From an uncultured Acidobacteriota bacterium (GTDB lineage: Bacteria > Acidobacteriota > Polarisedimenticolia > J045), in contig CAVPCQ010000042.1 in NCBI GenBank assembly GCA_963702425.1, positions 1 to 44,207 of the forward strand: DNA of 44,207 nucleotides, written 5' to 3'. The notes beneath the pieces were generated by a model. It was not told where the DNA came from. It saw only the letters and a list, made by a program, of their open reading frames with translations, and made no database searches. Positions 9,572 through 18,559 of the stretch are shown here, piece after piece. Within the stretch, counting starts at the first letter, position 1, and every line of letters starts with the position of its first letter. Made by a program: the position numbers and the translations under genes.

Positions 9572-11268
9572 GCCTCCCCCCGGGAGGCCTTGATCATCGC
9601 CTCGGCGTGGCGCCGTGCGGTATCGGTCACCATCGTGCCGCCAAGCATGCGAGCGACTTCCTCCACCCGGTCGTCGCCGTCATCGAGCACCTTCACGACG
9701 ACGTGGGTCCGGCCGGCCTTGAGCTTCTTCGTCACCGCGACGTGGCGCTCGGCCCGCGCCGCGATCGACGGCAGGTGCGTGATGCAGATCACCTGGTGGC
9801 GTTGCGCGACTTTGGCGAGGAACTCCGCCAGCACGTCGGCCGCCTCGCCGCCGATTCCCTGGTCGACCTCGTCGAACAGCAGCGTGCGGCGCGGCAGACC
9901 CCGTTCCAGCGAGAGGTCGAGCGCCAGCATCACGCGCGACAGCTCGCCGCCCGACGCCACCTTCCGCAACGGACGCGCCGGCTCGCCCGGGTTGGCGGCG
10001 AGCAGGAACTCGACCTGTTCGGTCCCCTCGGCACCTGCCGGCGATCCGGCCAGCTCCTCGACCCGGCCGGGCTGGAACTCCACCTCGAGCTTCGCGCTCG
10101 GCATCATCAGGTCGCGCATCAACCGGCCGGTCGAGGCCGCGAGCCGCTCCGCGGCGTCGCGCCGGGCGGCGGACAGCTTGCCGGACGCCGCCGCATAGGC
10201 CGCCACACGAGCTTCCCGTTCGCGGGCCAGTTGCTCCACCGAGTCAGACTGGCCGAGCAGCTCGCCGAGCTCGCGCCGCATCGCCGCGGCTCCGCTGATG
10301 ATGTCCTCCAGCGACCCGCCCTCGAACCGGCGCCGCAACCGTTCGAGCGCGACCAACCGCTCCTCGAGCTGCTCGAGACGCGCGGGATCGGCGCTGGCTT
10401 CGTCGATCTGACCCCGGATGTCGGCCGCGACGTCGTCGAGCTGCGAGCGGACGTCGTCGAGCCGGTCCGCCAGATCGGTGTAGACCGGGTCGACGGTCCC
10501 CTGGGGCCGCAACCGGCGCCCCGCGGCGTGAACGCGGTCGACCGCCGCCCCCTCCCCTTCGTAGAGCAGCTCGAATGCCGCGCGCAGGGCCTCGCCGAGC
10601 GACTCGGCGTGGCGCAGCCGCTCGCGCTCGGCCCGCAGCTTCTGCTCCTCGCCGGCCAGGGGCCGCACGGCGTCGAACTCGGCGAGGCGGAAGTTCACCA
10701 GCTCGATCCGCGCCTGCCGCTGCGCGGCGCGGTCGGCCAGCTCGCCGAGCTTCTGGTCGATCTCGCGGATCGCGGTCGACTCCCGCCTCACCTCGGCCAG
10801 CAGTTCTTCGTGGCCGCCGAAGCGGTCGAGGATCGCGCGGTGCAGCTCCGGCTGGAACAGGGTCTGCGGCTCGTGCTGGCCGTGCATCTCGACCAGGCCG
10901 GCGAGCAGGTCCTTCAGCAGGGCGATCGTCACGGAGGCGCCGTTCAGGAAGCCACGCGACCGGCCGTCGGCCCCGACCTCGCGCCGGACCAGGATCTCGT
11001 TCCCCTTGACGTCATAGCCGGCGCGGGAGAGCCGGTGCTGGAGGTCGGGCCGTTCCTTGACGTCGAAGAGCGCCTCGACGATCGCGCGCTCCTCGCCCTG
11101 GCGCACCATTGTCGCCTCGCCGCGCCCCCCGAGCGCGAGAGCGATGGCGCCGACGATGAGCGACTTGCCGGCCCCGGTCTCGCCGGTGATCAGGTTCAGC
11201 CCGGGGTCGAACTCGAGCAGCAGCTCGCGGGCGAGAACCAGGTTCTCGATGCGCACCTGACGCAGCAT
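9568..11268 (-). CDS. recN: DNA repair protein RecN
   Basis: Start MLRQVRIEN at 11268; Walker A GETGAGKS, HGQHE, ASGGELSR, FDEVDQG and ITHLP. Confidence 0.96.
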   Translation of the reverse strand: MLRQVRIENLVLARELLLEFDPGLNLITGETGAGKSLIVGAIALALGGRGEATMVRQGEERAIVEALFDVKERPDLQHRLSRAGYDVKGNEILVRREVGADGRSRGFLNGASVTIALLKDLLAGLVEMHGQHEPQTLFQPELHRAILDRFGGHEELLAEVRRESTAIREIDQKLGELADRAAQRQARIELVNFRLAEFDAVRPLAGEEQKLRAERERLRHAESLGEALRAAFELLYEGEGAAVDRVHAAGRRLRPQGTVDPVYTDLADRLDDVRSQLDDVAADIRGQIDEASADPARLEQLEERLVALERLRRRFEGGSLEDIISGAAAMRRELGELLGQSDSVEQLAREREARVAAYAAASGKLSAARRDAAERLAASTGRLMRDLMMPSAKLEVEFQPGRVEELAGSPAGAEGTEQVEFLLAANPGEPARPLRKVASGGELSRVMLALDLSLERGLPRRTLLFDEVDQGIGGEAADVLAEFLAKVAQRHQVICITHLPSIAARAERHVAVTKKLKAGRTHVVVKVLDDGDDRVEEVARMLGGTMVTDTARRHAEAMIKASRGEA

Positions 11269-11330
11269 GGCACCCTTCCTCGTTGGGCCAACGAGCGGAG
11301 CGATCGTCGTCTTAGGAACCGGTAAGGTCG

Positions 11331-11360
11331 AGGTTAGCACCGGCCCCGCGAGAGGGTCAA
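11331..11360 (-). promoter_or_regulatory. sigma70-type promoter for recN-coaD
   Basis: TTGACC-18 nt-TAACCT with extended -10 (TGcTAACCT). Confidence 0.55.
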
Positions 11361-11380
11361 TCGACGCCGTCCCACCGGGG

Positions 11381-11770
11381 CTACGGCCCGGGCGGGCGGT
11401 TCGAGGGACCCGCCACCGCCCACGCCAGGAGCGCCCATCCCGCGAGGAACGCTACCCCGCCGAGCGGCGTCACCGCGCCCCAGGCGCGGACGCCGGTCAG
11501 CGCGAGCAGATAGAGGCTCCCCGAGAACACGATCATCCCTGCGACGAAGAGCCACCCGGCGACCCGCGCCACCCGGGCGCCGCGCGCCTCACCGGCAATC
11601 GCCGCGAACAGCAGCGCCACCGCGTGGGCCATCTGGTAGCGCACCCCCGTCTCGAAGACCGCCAGCAGATCGGCCGGTATCGCGTCCTTCAGCGCATGCG
11701 CCCCGAACGCCCCCGCCGCGACGGCGGTGAACCCGAACAGGCAAGCAACAAAGGCGAGCGGACGATTCAT
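11381..11770 (-). CDS. DUF423 family (YgdD/TMEM256-like) membrane protein
   Basis: GAFGAHAL, ETGVRYQMAH, FSGSLYLL and TPLGG; start MNRPL at 11770. Confidence 0.9.
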   Translation of the reverse strand: MNRPLAFVACLFGFTAVAAGAFGAHALKDAIPADLLAVFETGVRYQMAHAVALLFAAIAGEARGARVARVAGWLFVAGMIVFSGSLYLLALTGVRAWGAVTPLGGVAFLAGWALLAWAVAGPSNRPPGP

Positions 11771-11931
11771 GCATGCACCCGGGAAGGCACGCGCGACGCA
11801 CGCGCGGCTAGGACAGCATCTCACCCTCGTCGCGAACCGGCAGCTTCGGTAGCCGCCCCGGAGCGCTCAGCCGCGGGCGCGCAGCGCCCGTCGGCTGCAG
11901 CGCGCCCGCTCGAGGAACGAACCCCGGAAAG

Positions 11932-12924
11932 CTACTTGTAGGACTGCAGCACCTTGATGTAGTTCGCCCGCTCGAACGCCGCCGGATCGGGAGAAGACTT
12001 CTGGCTCATCGTCCCGACCAGCTGTTTCACGGACGCGTACTCGTTCTCCTCCATCCAGGTCCGCAGCTCCTCCTCGACTCGCTTGAGGTGGTAGACCCCG
12101 TACTTCAGCAGGGCCGAGGTCATGTGCACCACCGACGCGCCGGCCATCAGCATCTTCACGGCGTCGCGCCCGCTGTGCACACCGCCGGTCGCGGCCAGGT
12201 CGGCCCGCACCCGGCCGTAGAGGATCGCCAGCCAGCGCGTGGCGAGCCGGGAGTCCCAAGGGGTCGAGAGTTGCAGGTTCGGGAAGACCTCGAGGTTCTC
12301 GGGGTCGATGTCGGGCTGGTAGAAGCGGTTGAAAAGGGCCAGGCCGTCCGCCCCCTTCTCGACCAGGTCGCGTGCCGTGAAGGGGATCGAGGTGAAGTAG
12401 GGGTGCATCTTCACCGCGACCGGGATCTTCACCTCCTTCTTCACGTCCAGCACCACGTCGCCGTAGATCCCCTCGATCTCGGACAGCGGCTGGTGCGGGT
12501 CGGTTGGAAGGAAGTAGATGTTCAGCTCGATCGCGTCCGCACCGGCCTGCTCGAACTTCTTCGAATACTCGGTCCAGCCGCCCGGCGAACGCCCGTTGAG
12601 CGAGGCGACGATCGGGACGTCCAGGGCTTCCTTGGCCTTGCGGATGTGGTCGAGGTACTCCTCCGGGCCGCGCCGGAACTCGCGCGGCTCCGGGAAGTAG
12701 GACAGCGACTCCGCAAAGCTCTCCGAGCCGTACTCGAGGTAGTGGTCGATCTCCAGCGCTTCGAAGTCGATCTGCTCCTCGAAGAGCGAGTAGAGCACCA
12801 CCGCCGACGCGCCGGCGTCCTCCATCTGGCGCAGCGTGTCCATCTCCTTCGAGAGCGGCGCGGCCGACGGCACCAGGGGGCTCTTGAGCGCGATGCCCAT
12901 GTAGCTCGTGCTGAGGTCGATCAT
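11932..12924 (-). CDS. Dihydroorotate dehydrogenase-like FMN protein (non-canonical active site)
   Basis: DHOD-like barrel motifs SLFEEQI, ELNIY, PVAVK, LFNRFYQPDID and ATGGVH; directly downstream of PFOR. Confidence 0.85.
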   Translation of the reverse strand: MIDLSTSYMGIALKSPLVPSAAPLSKEMDTLRQMEDAGASAVVLYSLFEEQIDFEALEIDHYLEYGSESFAESLSYFPEPREFRRGPEEYLDHIRKAKEALDVPIVASLNGRSPGGWTEYSKKFEQAGADAIELNIYFLPTDPHQPLSEIEGIYGDVVLDVKKEVKIPVAVKMHPYFTSIPFTARDLVEKGADGLALFNRFYQPDIDPENLEVFPNLQLSTPWDSRLATRWLAILYGRVRADLAATGGVHSGRDAVKMLMAGASVVHMTSALLKYGVYHLKRVEEELRTWMEENEYASVKQLVGTMSQKSSPDPAAFERANYIKVLQSYK

Positions 12925-12941
12925 CGGACTTCCTCCCTCTC

Positions 12942-15900
12942 TCAGGGGCGCGGCGCGCCGGCTGGCGCGCCGACTTCAGCGGCGTGGAGCGCGACGAGCT
13001 GTTCGTAGCGGCGCCAGCGTGCGGTGGCATCGCGCTGAGCCTGGGCCAGGAACCGCTCTGCGGCGTCGGGGTGCGACTTGGTGAGCATCTTGTAGCGCGC
13101 CTCGCTGAGCATGTACTCGGCGATCGGCAACGTCGGCTGCCGCGAGTCGAGCACCATCGGGTTCTTCCCCTCCGCCAGCAGCGCCGGGTTGTAGCGGTAG
13201 AGCATCCAGTGCCCCGAGTCGACCGCGCGCTTCTGCTGGTCGGTCGCCTTGGACATGTTGATGCCGTGTGCGATGCAGTGCGAGTAGGCGATCAGGATCG
13301 ACGGCCCGCTCCATGCCTCGGCCTCGACGAAGGCCTTGACGGTCTGGGTGTCGTTGGACCCCATCGCGATCTGCGCGACGTAGACGTCGCCGTAGGCCAT
13401 CGCCATCAGGCCGAGGTCCTTCTTCGGCCGGGGCTTGCCGCCGGCCGCGAACTTCGCGACGGCGCCGAGCGGCGTGGACTTCGACATCTGGCCGCCGGTA
13501 TTCGAGTAGACCTCGGTGTCGAGCACGAGGATGTTGACGTCGCGCCCCGAGGCGAGCACGTGGTCGAGCCCGCCGTAGCCGATGTCGTAGGCCCAGCCGT
13601 CGCCGCCGACGATCCAGACGCTGTGTCGCACCAGCGCGTAGGCCGCGTCCTCCAGCCGCCGTGCCCGCTCGCCCTTCACGCCGACGAGCACGGTCTTGAG
13701 CGCCGCGACCCGCTCGCGCTGCGCGGCGATCTCCTGCTCGGTCCGCTGCGGGTTGTCGAGGAGCGCCGCCGCCAGGTCGCCGCCGATCGCCGCCGCCAGC
13801 TCGCGCACGAGCTCGCGCGCGAACTGCTCGTGCTGGTCGATCGTCAGGCGGAAGCCGAGCCCGAACTCCGCGTTGTCCTCGAACAGCGAGTTCGACCAGG
13901 CCGGTCCGCGCCCGTCGCGGTTGACCGCCCAGGGGGTGGTCGGCAGGTTCCCGCCGTAGATCGACGAGCAGCCGGTGGCGTTCCCGATCACGGCGCGGTC
14001 GCCGTAGAGCTGCGACAGCAGCTTGACGTAGGGAGTCTCGCCGCACCCGGAACAGGCGCCCGAGTACTCGAACAGCGGCTGCAGGAACTGCGACCCCTTG
14101 ACGGTGGCCACGTTCAGCAGCGTGCGGTCGACTTCCGGAAGCTCGAGGAAGAAGGCATAGTTCGCCCGTTCGCTCTCACGCAGCGGCATCTGCGGCTCCA
14201 TGTTGATCGCCTTGAGCCGCGGCTCGGTCTTGTTCTTCGCGGGGCAGAAGTGCACGCACAGTCCGCAGCCGGTACAGTCCTCGGGCGCGACCTGCAGCGA
14301 GTACGCCATCCCCTTGAAGTCCTTGGTCTTGTAGTCGATGTGTTTGAAGGTGGCCGGCGCCCCGGCGGCCAGCACAGGCTCGAAGACCTTCATCCGGATC
14401 GCGGCGTGCGGGCAGATGATCACGCACTTGCCACACTGGATGCAGGTCTCGGGATCCCAGGTCGGGATCTCGAGCGCGATGTTGCGCTTTTCGTACTGCG
14501 CGGTCGCGGTCGGGAAGGTGCCGTCGACCGGCATCGCGCTGACCGGGAGGTCGTCGCCGTGACCGCGGATGATCTCGGCCGTCACCTTCTGCACGAACTC
14601 GGGCGCGAACGACGGGACGACCGGCGGCAGCTCGATCGTCGAGCTGACCTTCGCCGGCACCTTGACCTCGAAGAGGTTCGAGAGCGTCAGGTCGATCGCG
14701 GCGAAGTTCTGGCGAATCACCGCTTCGCCCTTCATGCCGTACGACTTCTTCACCGCCGACTTGATCTGCTCGATCGCCTCCTCGCGCGGCAGCACGCCGG
14801 AGATCGCGAAGAAGCAGGTCTGCATGATCGTGTTGATCCGGCCCCCCATGCCGGCCTCTCGGGCCACCTTGTAGGCGTCGATCACGAAGAACCGCAGCTT
14901 CTTCTCGATGATCCGCTGCTGGTGCAGGCGCGGCAGGTGGTCCCAGACCTGCTCCACCGGATAGGGGCTGTTGAGCAGGAAGACCGCGCCGTCCTTCGCC
15001 TTTTCGAGCATGTCGAACTTCTCGAGGAAGACCCACTGGTGGCACCCCACGAAGTCGGCCTGGTCGAGCAGGTAGGTCGCCAGGATCGGCCGCTTGCCGA
15101 AGCGCAGGTGGGAGACGGTCGCCGCGCCGGCCTTCTTCGAGTCGTAAACGAAGTAGCCCTGCGCGTTGAACTCGGTCTCTTCGCCGATGATCTTGATCGT
15201 GTTCTTGTTGGCGCTCACGGTCCCGTCGGCCCCGAGGCCGAAGAACAGCGCCTGCTTGACGTCGTCGGACGGGAGGGTGAAGCCGGGATCGTAGGTCAGG
15301 CTGGTCATGCCGACGTCGTCGAGGATGCCCAGCGTGAAGTGGTTCTTGGGCGCCGGGCGCGCCAACTCGTCGAGCAGCCCCTTGACCATGCCCGGGGTGA
15401 ACTCCTTCGACGACAGGCCGTAGCGGCCGCCGACGATGACCGGCATCGCGGCGGTCGGCAGCGCCTTGGCGGCGGCGGCCTCGGCGAAGACGGTCACGAC
15501 GTCCTGGTAGAGCGGCTCGCCGGCGGAGCCCGGCTCCTTGGTGCGGTCGAGCACGGCGAGGACCTTCGTCGTGCGCGGGATCGCGGCCAGCAATCGGTCG
15601 ACGGCGAGCGGTCGATAGAGCCGGACCTTGACCAGGCCGACTTTCTCGCCCTTCGCCGCCAGGTGCTCGATCGTCGCCTGGGCCGCCTCGGCCGCCGAGC
15701 CCATCATGATCACGACGCGCTCCGCGTCGGGCGCGCCGAAGTAGTCGAACAGCCGGTAGCGCCGGCCGGCGATCCCGGCGAAGCGCTCCATCACCTGCTC
15801 CACGATCGCCGGCGCGGCGTCGTAGAACGGGTTGCAGGCCTCGCGCGCCTGGAAGAAGACGTCGGGGTTCTGGGCCGTTCCGCGCAGCACCGGCCGGGCC

Positions 15901-16529
15901 GGGTCGAGCGCCCGCGCGCGCATCCCCTGCACCGCCTCGATCGGGATCAGCGCCCGGAGCTGGTCGTCCGTCAGCTCCTCGATCTTCATCACCTCGTGCG
16001 AGGTGCGGAAGCCGTCGAAGAAGTGCATGAACGGGATCCGCGACTCGAGGCTGGTCGCGACCGCGATCGCCGCCAGGTCGTGGACTTCCTGGACCGACCC
16101 CGAGGCGAGCATCCCGTACCCGGTGGAGCGGCAGGACATGACGTCCGAGTGGTCGCCGAAGATCGACAGCGCGTGCGTGGCCACCGAGCGGGCCGCGATG
16201 TGGAAGACCGTCGGCGTCAGCTCGCCCGCGATCTTGAACATGTTGGGGATCATCAGGAGCAGGCCCTGCGCCGACGTGAAGGTCGTCGTCACCGCTCCGC
16301 TCTGCAGCGCGCCGTGCACCGCACCGGCAGCACCGCCCTCGCTCTGCATCTCGACCACGCTGGGCAGCGAGCCCCAGATGTTGCGCTGACCGTCCGAGGA
16401 CCAGGCGTCGGACAACTCGCCCATCGGCGAGGAGGGGGTGATCGGGTAGATCGCGATCACTTCGCTCGTGCGGTGCGCGACGCTGGCCGCCGCTTCGTTG
16501 CCGTCGACTGTCACCATCCGGCGGGTCAT
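12942..16529 (-). CDS. nifJ: Pyruvate:ferredoxin (flavodoxin) oxidoreductase, single-chain type
   Basis: YPITPS, GLGADG, two ferredoxin motifs (CIQCGKC...CP and CTGCGLC...CP), GACSGCGE and TPP-binding GGDGWAYDIG; GGAGG RBS before ATG 16529. Confidence 0.97.
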   Translation of the reverse strand: MTRRMVTVDGNEAAASVAHRTSEVIAIYPITPSSPMGELSDAWSSDGQRNIWGSLPSVVEMQSEGGAAGAVHGALQSGAVTTTFTSAQGLLLMIPNMFKIAGELTPTVFHIAARSVATHALSIFGDHSDVMSCRSTGYGMLASGSVQEVHDLAAIAVATSLESRIPFMHFFDGFRTSHEVMKIEELTDDQLRALIPIEAVQGMRARALDPARPVLRGTAQNPDVFFQAREACNPFYDAAPAIVEQVMERFAGIAGRRYRLFDYFGAPDAERVVIMMGSAAEAAQATIEHLAAKGEKVGLVKVRLYRPLAVDRLLAAIPRTTKVLAVLDRTKEPGSAGEPLYQDVVTVFAEAAAAKALPTAAMPVIVGGRYGLSSKEFTPGMVKGLLDELARPAPKNHFTLGILDDVGMTSLTYDPGFTLPSDDVKQALFFGLGADGTVSANKNTIKIIGEETEFNAQGYFVYDSKKAGAATVSHLRFGKRPILATYLLDQADFVGCHQWVFLEKFDMLEKAKDGAVFLLNSPYPVEQVWDHLPRLHQQRIIEKKLRFFVIDAYKVAREAGMGGRINTIMQTCFFAISGVLPREEAIEQIKSAVKKSYGMKGEAVIRQNFAAIDLTLSNLFEVKVPAKVSSTIELPPVVPSFAPEFVQKVTAEIIRGHGDDLPVSAMPVDGTFPTATAQYEKRNIALEIPTWDPETCIQCGKCVIICPHAAIRMKVFEPVLAAGAPATFKHIDYKTKDFKGMAYSLQVAPEDCTGCGLCVHFCPAKNKTEPRLKAINMEPQMPLRESERANYAFFLELPEVDRTLLNVATVKGSQFLQPLFEYSGACSGCGETPYVKLLSQLYGDRAVIGNATGCSSIYGGNLPTTPWAVNRDGRGPAWSNSLFEDNAEFGLGFRLTIDQHEQFARELVRELAAAIGGDLAAALLDNPQRTEQEIAAQRERVAALKTVLVGVKGERARRLEDAAYALVRHSVWIVGGDGWAYDIGYGGLDHVLASGRDVNILVLDTEVYSNTGGQMSKSTPLGAVAKFAAGGKPRPKKDLGLMAMAYGDVYVAQIAMGSNDTQTVKAFVEAEAWSGPSILIAYSHCIAHGINMSKATDQQKRAVDSGHWMLYRYNPALLAEGKNPMVLDSRQPTLPIAEYMLSEARYKMLTKSHPDAAERFLAQAQRDATARWRRYEQLVALHAAEVGAPAGAPRP

Positions 16530-16606
16530 GCGGAACCTCCCTACAGGGTAGGCGTAAGGGAAATAACCGACTCGAAGAGCCGGTTTCATTACGCGCGACA
16601 AACTAA

Positions 16607-16635
16607 ACGGTAAACGAGAGCGCGTCGCAAGTCAA
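16607..16635 (-). promoter_or_regulatory. sigma70-type promoter for the PFOR operon
   Basis: TTGACT-17 nt-TACCGT inside a comparatively AT-rich intergenic region. Confidence 0.55.
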
Positions 16636-16709
16636 CGTCCCTCGTTCGCTGCTTGCCTCCGATGACCGATTGACTTCTCTCGCAAGTCGCTTATTTCAGC
16701 CGTTTTCGA

Positions 16710-17006
16710 TCACTGGCCGCGGCGCAGCGCTTCGATCCGCGACTCTTCTTCCGCGGTCAGGCGCGCCACCTCGCGACGGTACTCGTTCTCGACCTGTTCC
16801 CGCCGCACATCGTCGCCCGCGGCCAGTGCCGCGGCCTTGCGCGCGTCGGCCATGATCGACGCCTCGGCGCGGCGGGCCTGGAACTCGGCCCGGACCTCGA
16901 CGATCCGGTGCCGCTGCTCCTCGGTGAGCGGGACCCGCTCCTCCCGCTCCCGCGAGCGGAGCCGCTCCATGGCCAGCTCGTAGGCCGACTTCAGCTCGTC
17001 ACCCAT
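16710..17006 (-). CDS. Small helical hypothetical protein
   Basis: MGDELKSAYELAMERL..., 98 aa, charged and helical; GGAG RBS; natural composition unlike the shadow ORFs. Confidence 0.8.
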   Translation of the reverse strand: MGDELKSAYELAMERLRSREREERVPLTEEQRHRIVEVRAEFQARRAEASIMADARKAAALAAGDDVRREQVENEYRREVARLTAEEESRIEALRRGQ

Positions 17007-17041
17007 AGCGTCTCCCCGGGGCAGTCTACAATGGGCCCGCG

Positions 17042-17701
17042 ATGTGCGGACGATTCACGCTGGCCTCCCCGGCGCAGGCCGTGGCGGCCGCCCTCGGGCT
17101 TCCCGACTTCCCCGCCCTCCCGCCCCGGTTCAACATCGCGCCGACCCAGGCGGTGACGATCGTCCGCGAGGCCCCGGTCCGCGAGAGCGCCGTCGCCCGC
17201 TGGGGGCTCGTGCCGAGCTGGACGAAGGACCTCGCGAAGCTGCCGCTGCTCTTCAACGCGCGCGCCGAAACCGCACCCGACAAGCCGTCCTTCCGCGCCT
17301 CGTTCCGCAACCGACGCTGCGTCATCCCGGCGGACGGGTTCTACGAGTGGACGGGAACCGCCAAGGTCCGCCGCGCCCACTACTTCACGCTCGAAGACGA
17401 ATCGCCCTTCGCGCTGGCCGGCCTGTGGGACCGCTGGCTCGCCGCCGACGGCTCCGAAATCGACTCCTGCACGATCCTGACGACGGGGCCGAACGAGCTG
17501 CTGGCTCGGTTCCACGACCGGATGCCGGCGATCCTGCGGCGCGAGCGGATCGACCGCTGGCTGGATCCGGCGCTGCGCGACCCGACCGCCGTGGCCGGGC
17601 TGATCGAAACCTACCCGGCCGACGCGATGCGCGGGCGTGCGGTCGGCCCAACGGTCAACAGCGCGAAGAACGAGGGCCCGGAGTGCATCGCGCCGGCCTG
17701 A
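17042..17701 (+). CDS. SOS response-associated peptidase (SRAP; YedK/HMCES family, abasic-site protection)
   Basis: MCGRF N-terminus with catalytic Cys2, FNIAPTQ, NARAET, GFYEW and HDRMP. Confidence 0.95.
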   Translation: MCGRFTLASPAQAVAAALGLPDFPALPPRFNIAPTQAVTIVREAPVRESAVARWGLVPSWTKDLAKLPLLFNARAETAPDKPSFRASFRNRRCVIPADGFYEWTGTAKVRRAHYFTLEDESPFALAGLWDRWLAADGSEIDSCTILTTGPNELLARFHDRMPAILRRERIDRWLDPALRDPTAVAGLIETYPADAMRGRAVGPTVNSAKNEGPECIAPA

Positions 17702-17743
17702 GCCGGGCCTCCCGCCCGGCGACGTCCGGTCGGCAGCGCCCGC

Positions 17744-18556
17744 TCAGCGACCTCTGCTCGTCCCGGCGACCCTGGCCGCCCCCCAGAGCACGAGCCGCAG
17801 CGGCGCGAAGCGCACCGCGCAGCGCAGCGCGCGGTTGGTGAACCCCGGGATGCACTCGGCCCGGCCCCGCTCGTAGGCGTCGAGCGCCTCGTGCACGACC
17901 CTCCCGGCCGCGGTCGCGACCTTCCGGACGCGGAAGTTCGTCCCCGCCACCTGGCCGAACTCGGTCGGCACGGGCCCCGGGCAGAGCGTCAGCATGCGCA
18001 CACCGGCCGGGCGCGCCTCACCCCACAGCCCTTCCGAGAGGCTGCGCAGGAAGGCCTTGGTCGCGGCGTACGAGGAGAAATAGGGGATCGGCTGGAAGGC
18101 CGCGGTGCTCGCGACCTGGATCACACCGCGGCCCGGCACGGCGACGAGCTCCCCCCAGAGCGCGTGGACCAGCGCGGCGGGGGTCAGCATGTTGAGCTGG
18201 TACATCCGCAGATGGTCATCCCAGCCGCGCTCCATGAAGGCGCCGTAGCGTCCGAACCCGGCGTTGTTGACCAGCAGGTCGATCGCCGGGCCTCCGGCCC
18301 GGCGCAGCGCGTCGAGCAGACGGGACGGGCCGTCGGGCTCGGCGAGATCGGCCACGACCGGCCGCACATCGAGCGCCACGCCGGTGCCGGCGGCGGAAAT
18401 GCGTGCGGCCAGATCGGCGAGCCGTTCTTCGCGACGCGCCACGACGGTGAGGACCCTGGCCCCGCGCGCCGCAAGCTGCTCGGCGAAGACCCGACCGATC
18501 CCCGCGGAGGCGCCGGTCACGAGGCAGTGATCGTAGCGGGCGGGGGCGAGCGGCAT
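17744..18556 (-). CDS. Short-chain dehydrogenase/reductase
   Basis: TGASAGIG, NNAG and YAATK motifs. Confidence 0.92.
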   Translation of the reverse strand: MPLAPARYDHCLVTGASAGIGRVFAEQLAARGARVLTVVARREERLADLAARISAAGTGVALDVRPVVADLAEPDGPSRLLDALRRAGGPAIDLLVNNAGFGRYGAFMERGWDDHLRMYQLNMLTPAALVHALWGELVAVPGRGVIQVASTAAFQPIPYFSSYAATKAFLRSLSEGLWGEARPAGVRMLTLCPGPVPTEFGQVAGTNFRVRKVATAAGRVVHEALDAYERGRAECIPGFTNRALRCAVRFAPLRLVLWGAARVAGTSRGR

Positions 18557-18559
18557 CGG

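Noticed and set aside
11835-11912. Hairpins after the DHOD-like gene (UUCG-loop stem and a long GC stem) as ncRNA or terminator
   Set aside because: No U-tract and no recognisable RNA family; such stems are common by chance at this GC content.
12984-16613. 1209-aa plus-strand ORF antisense to PFOR, and similar long shadow ORFs (1913..3844, 7470..9329, 9562..11325, 26758..29091, 37212..38993)
   Set aside because: They mirror well-supported genes on the other strand, have no recognisable motifs, and are expected from stop-codon scarcity at high GC3.
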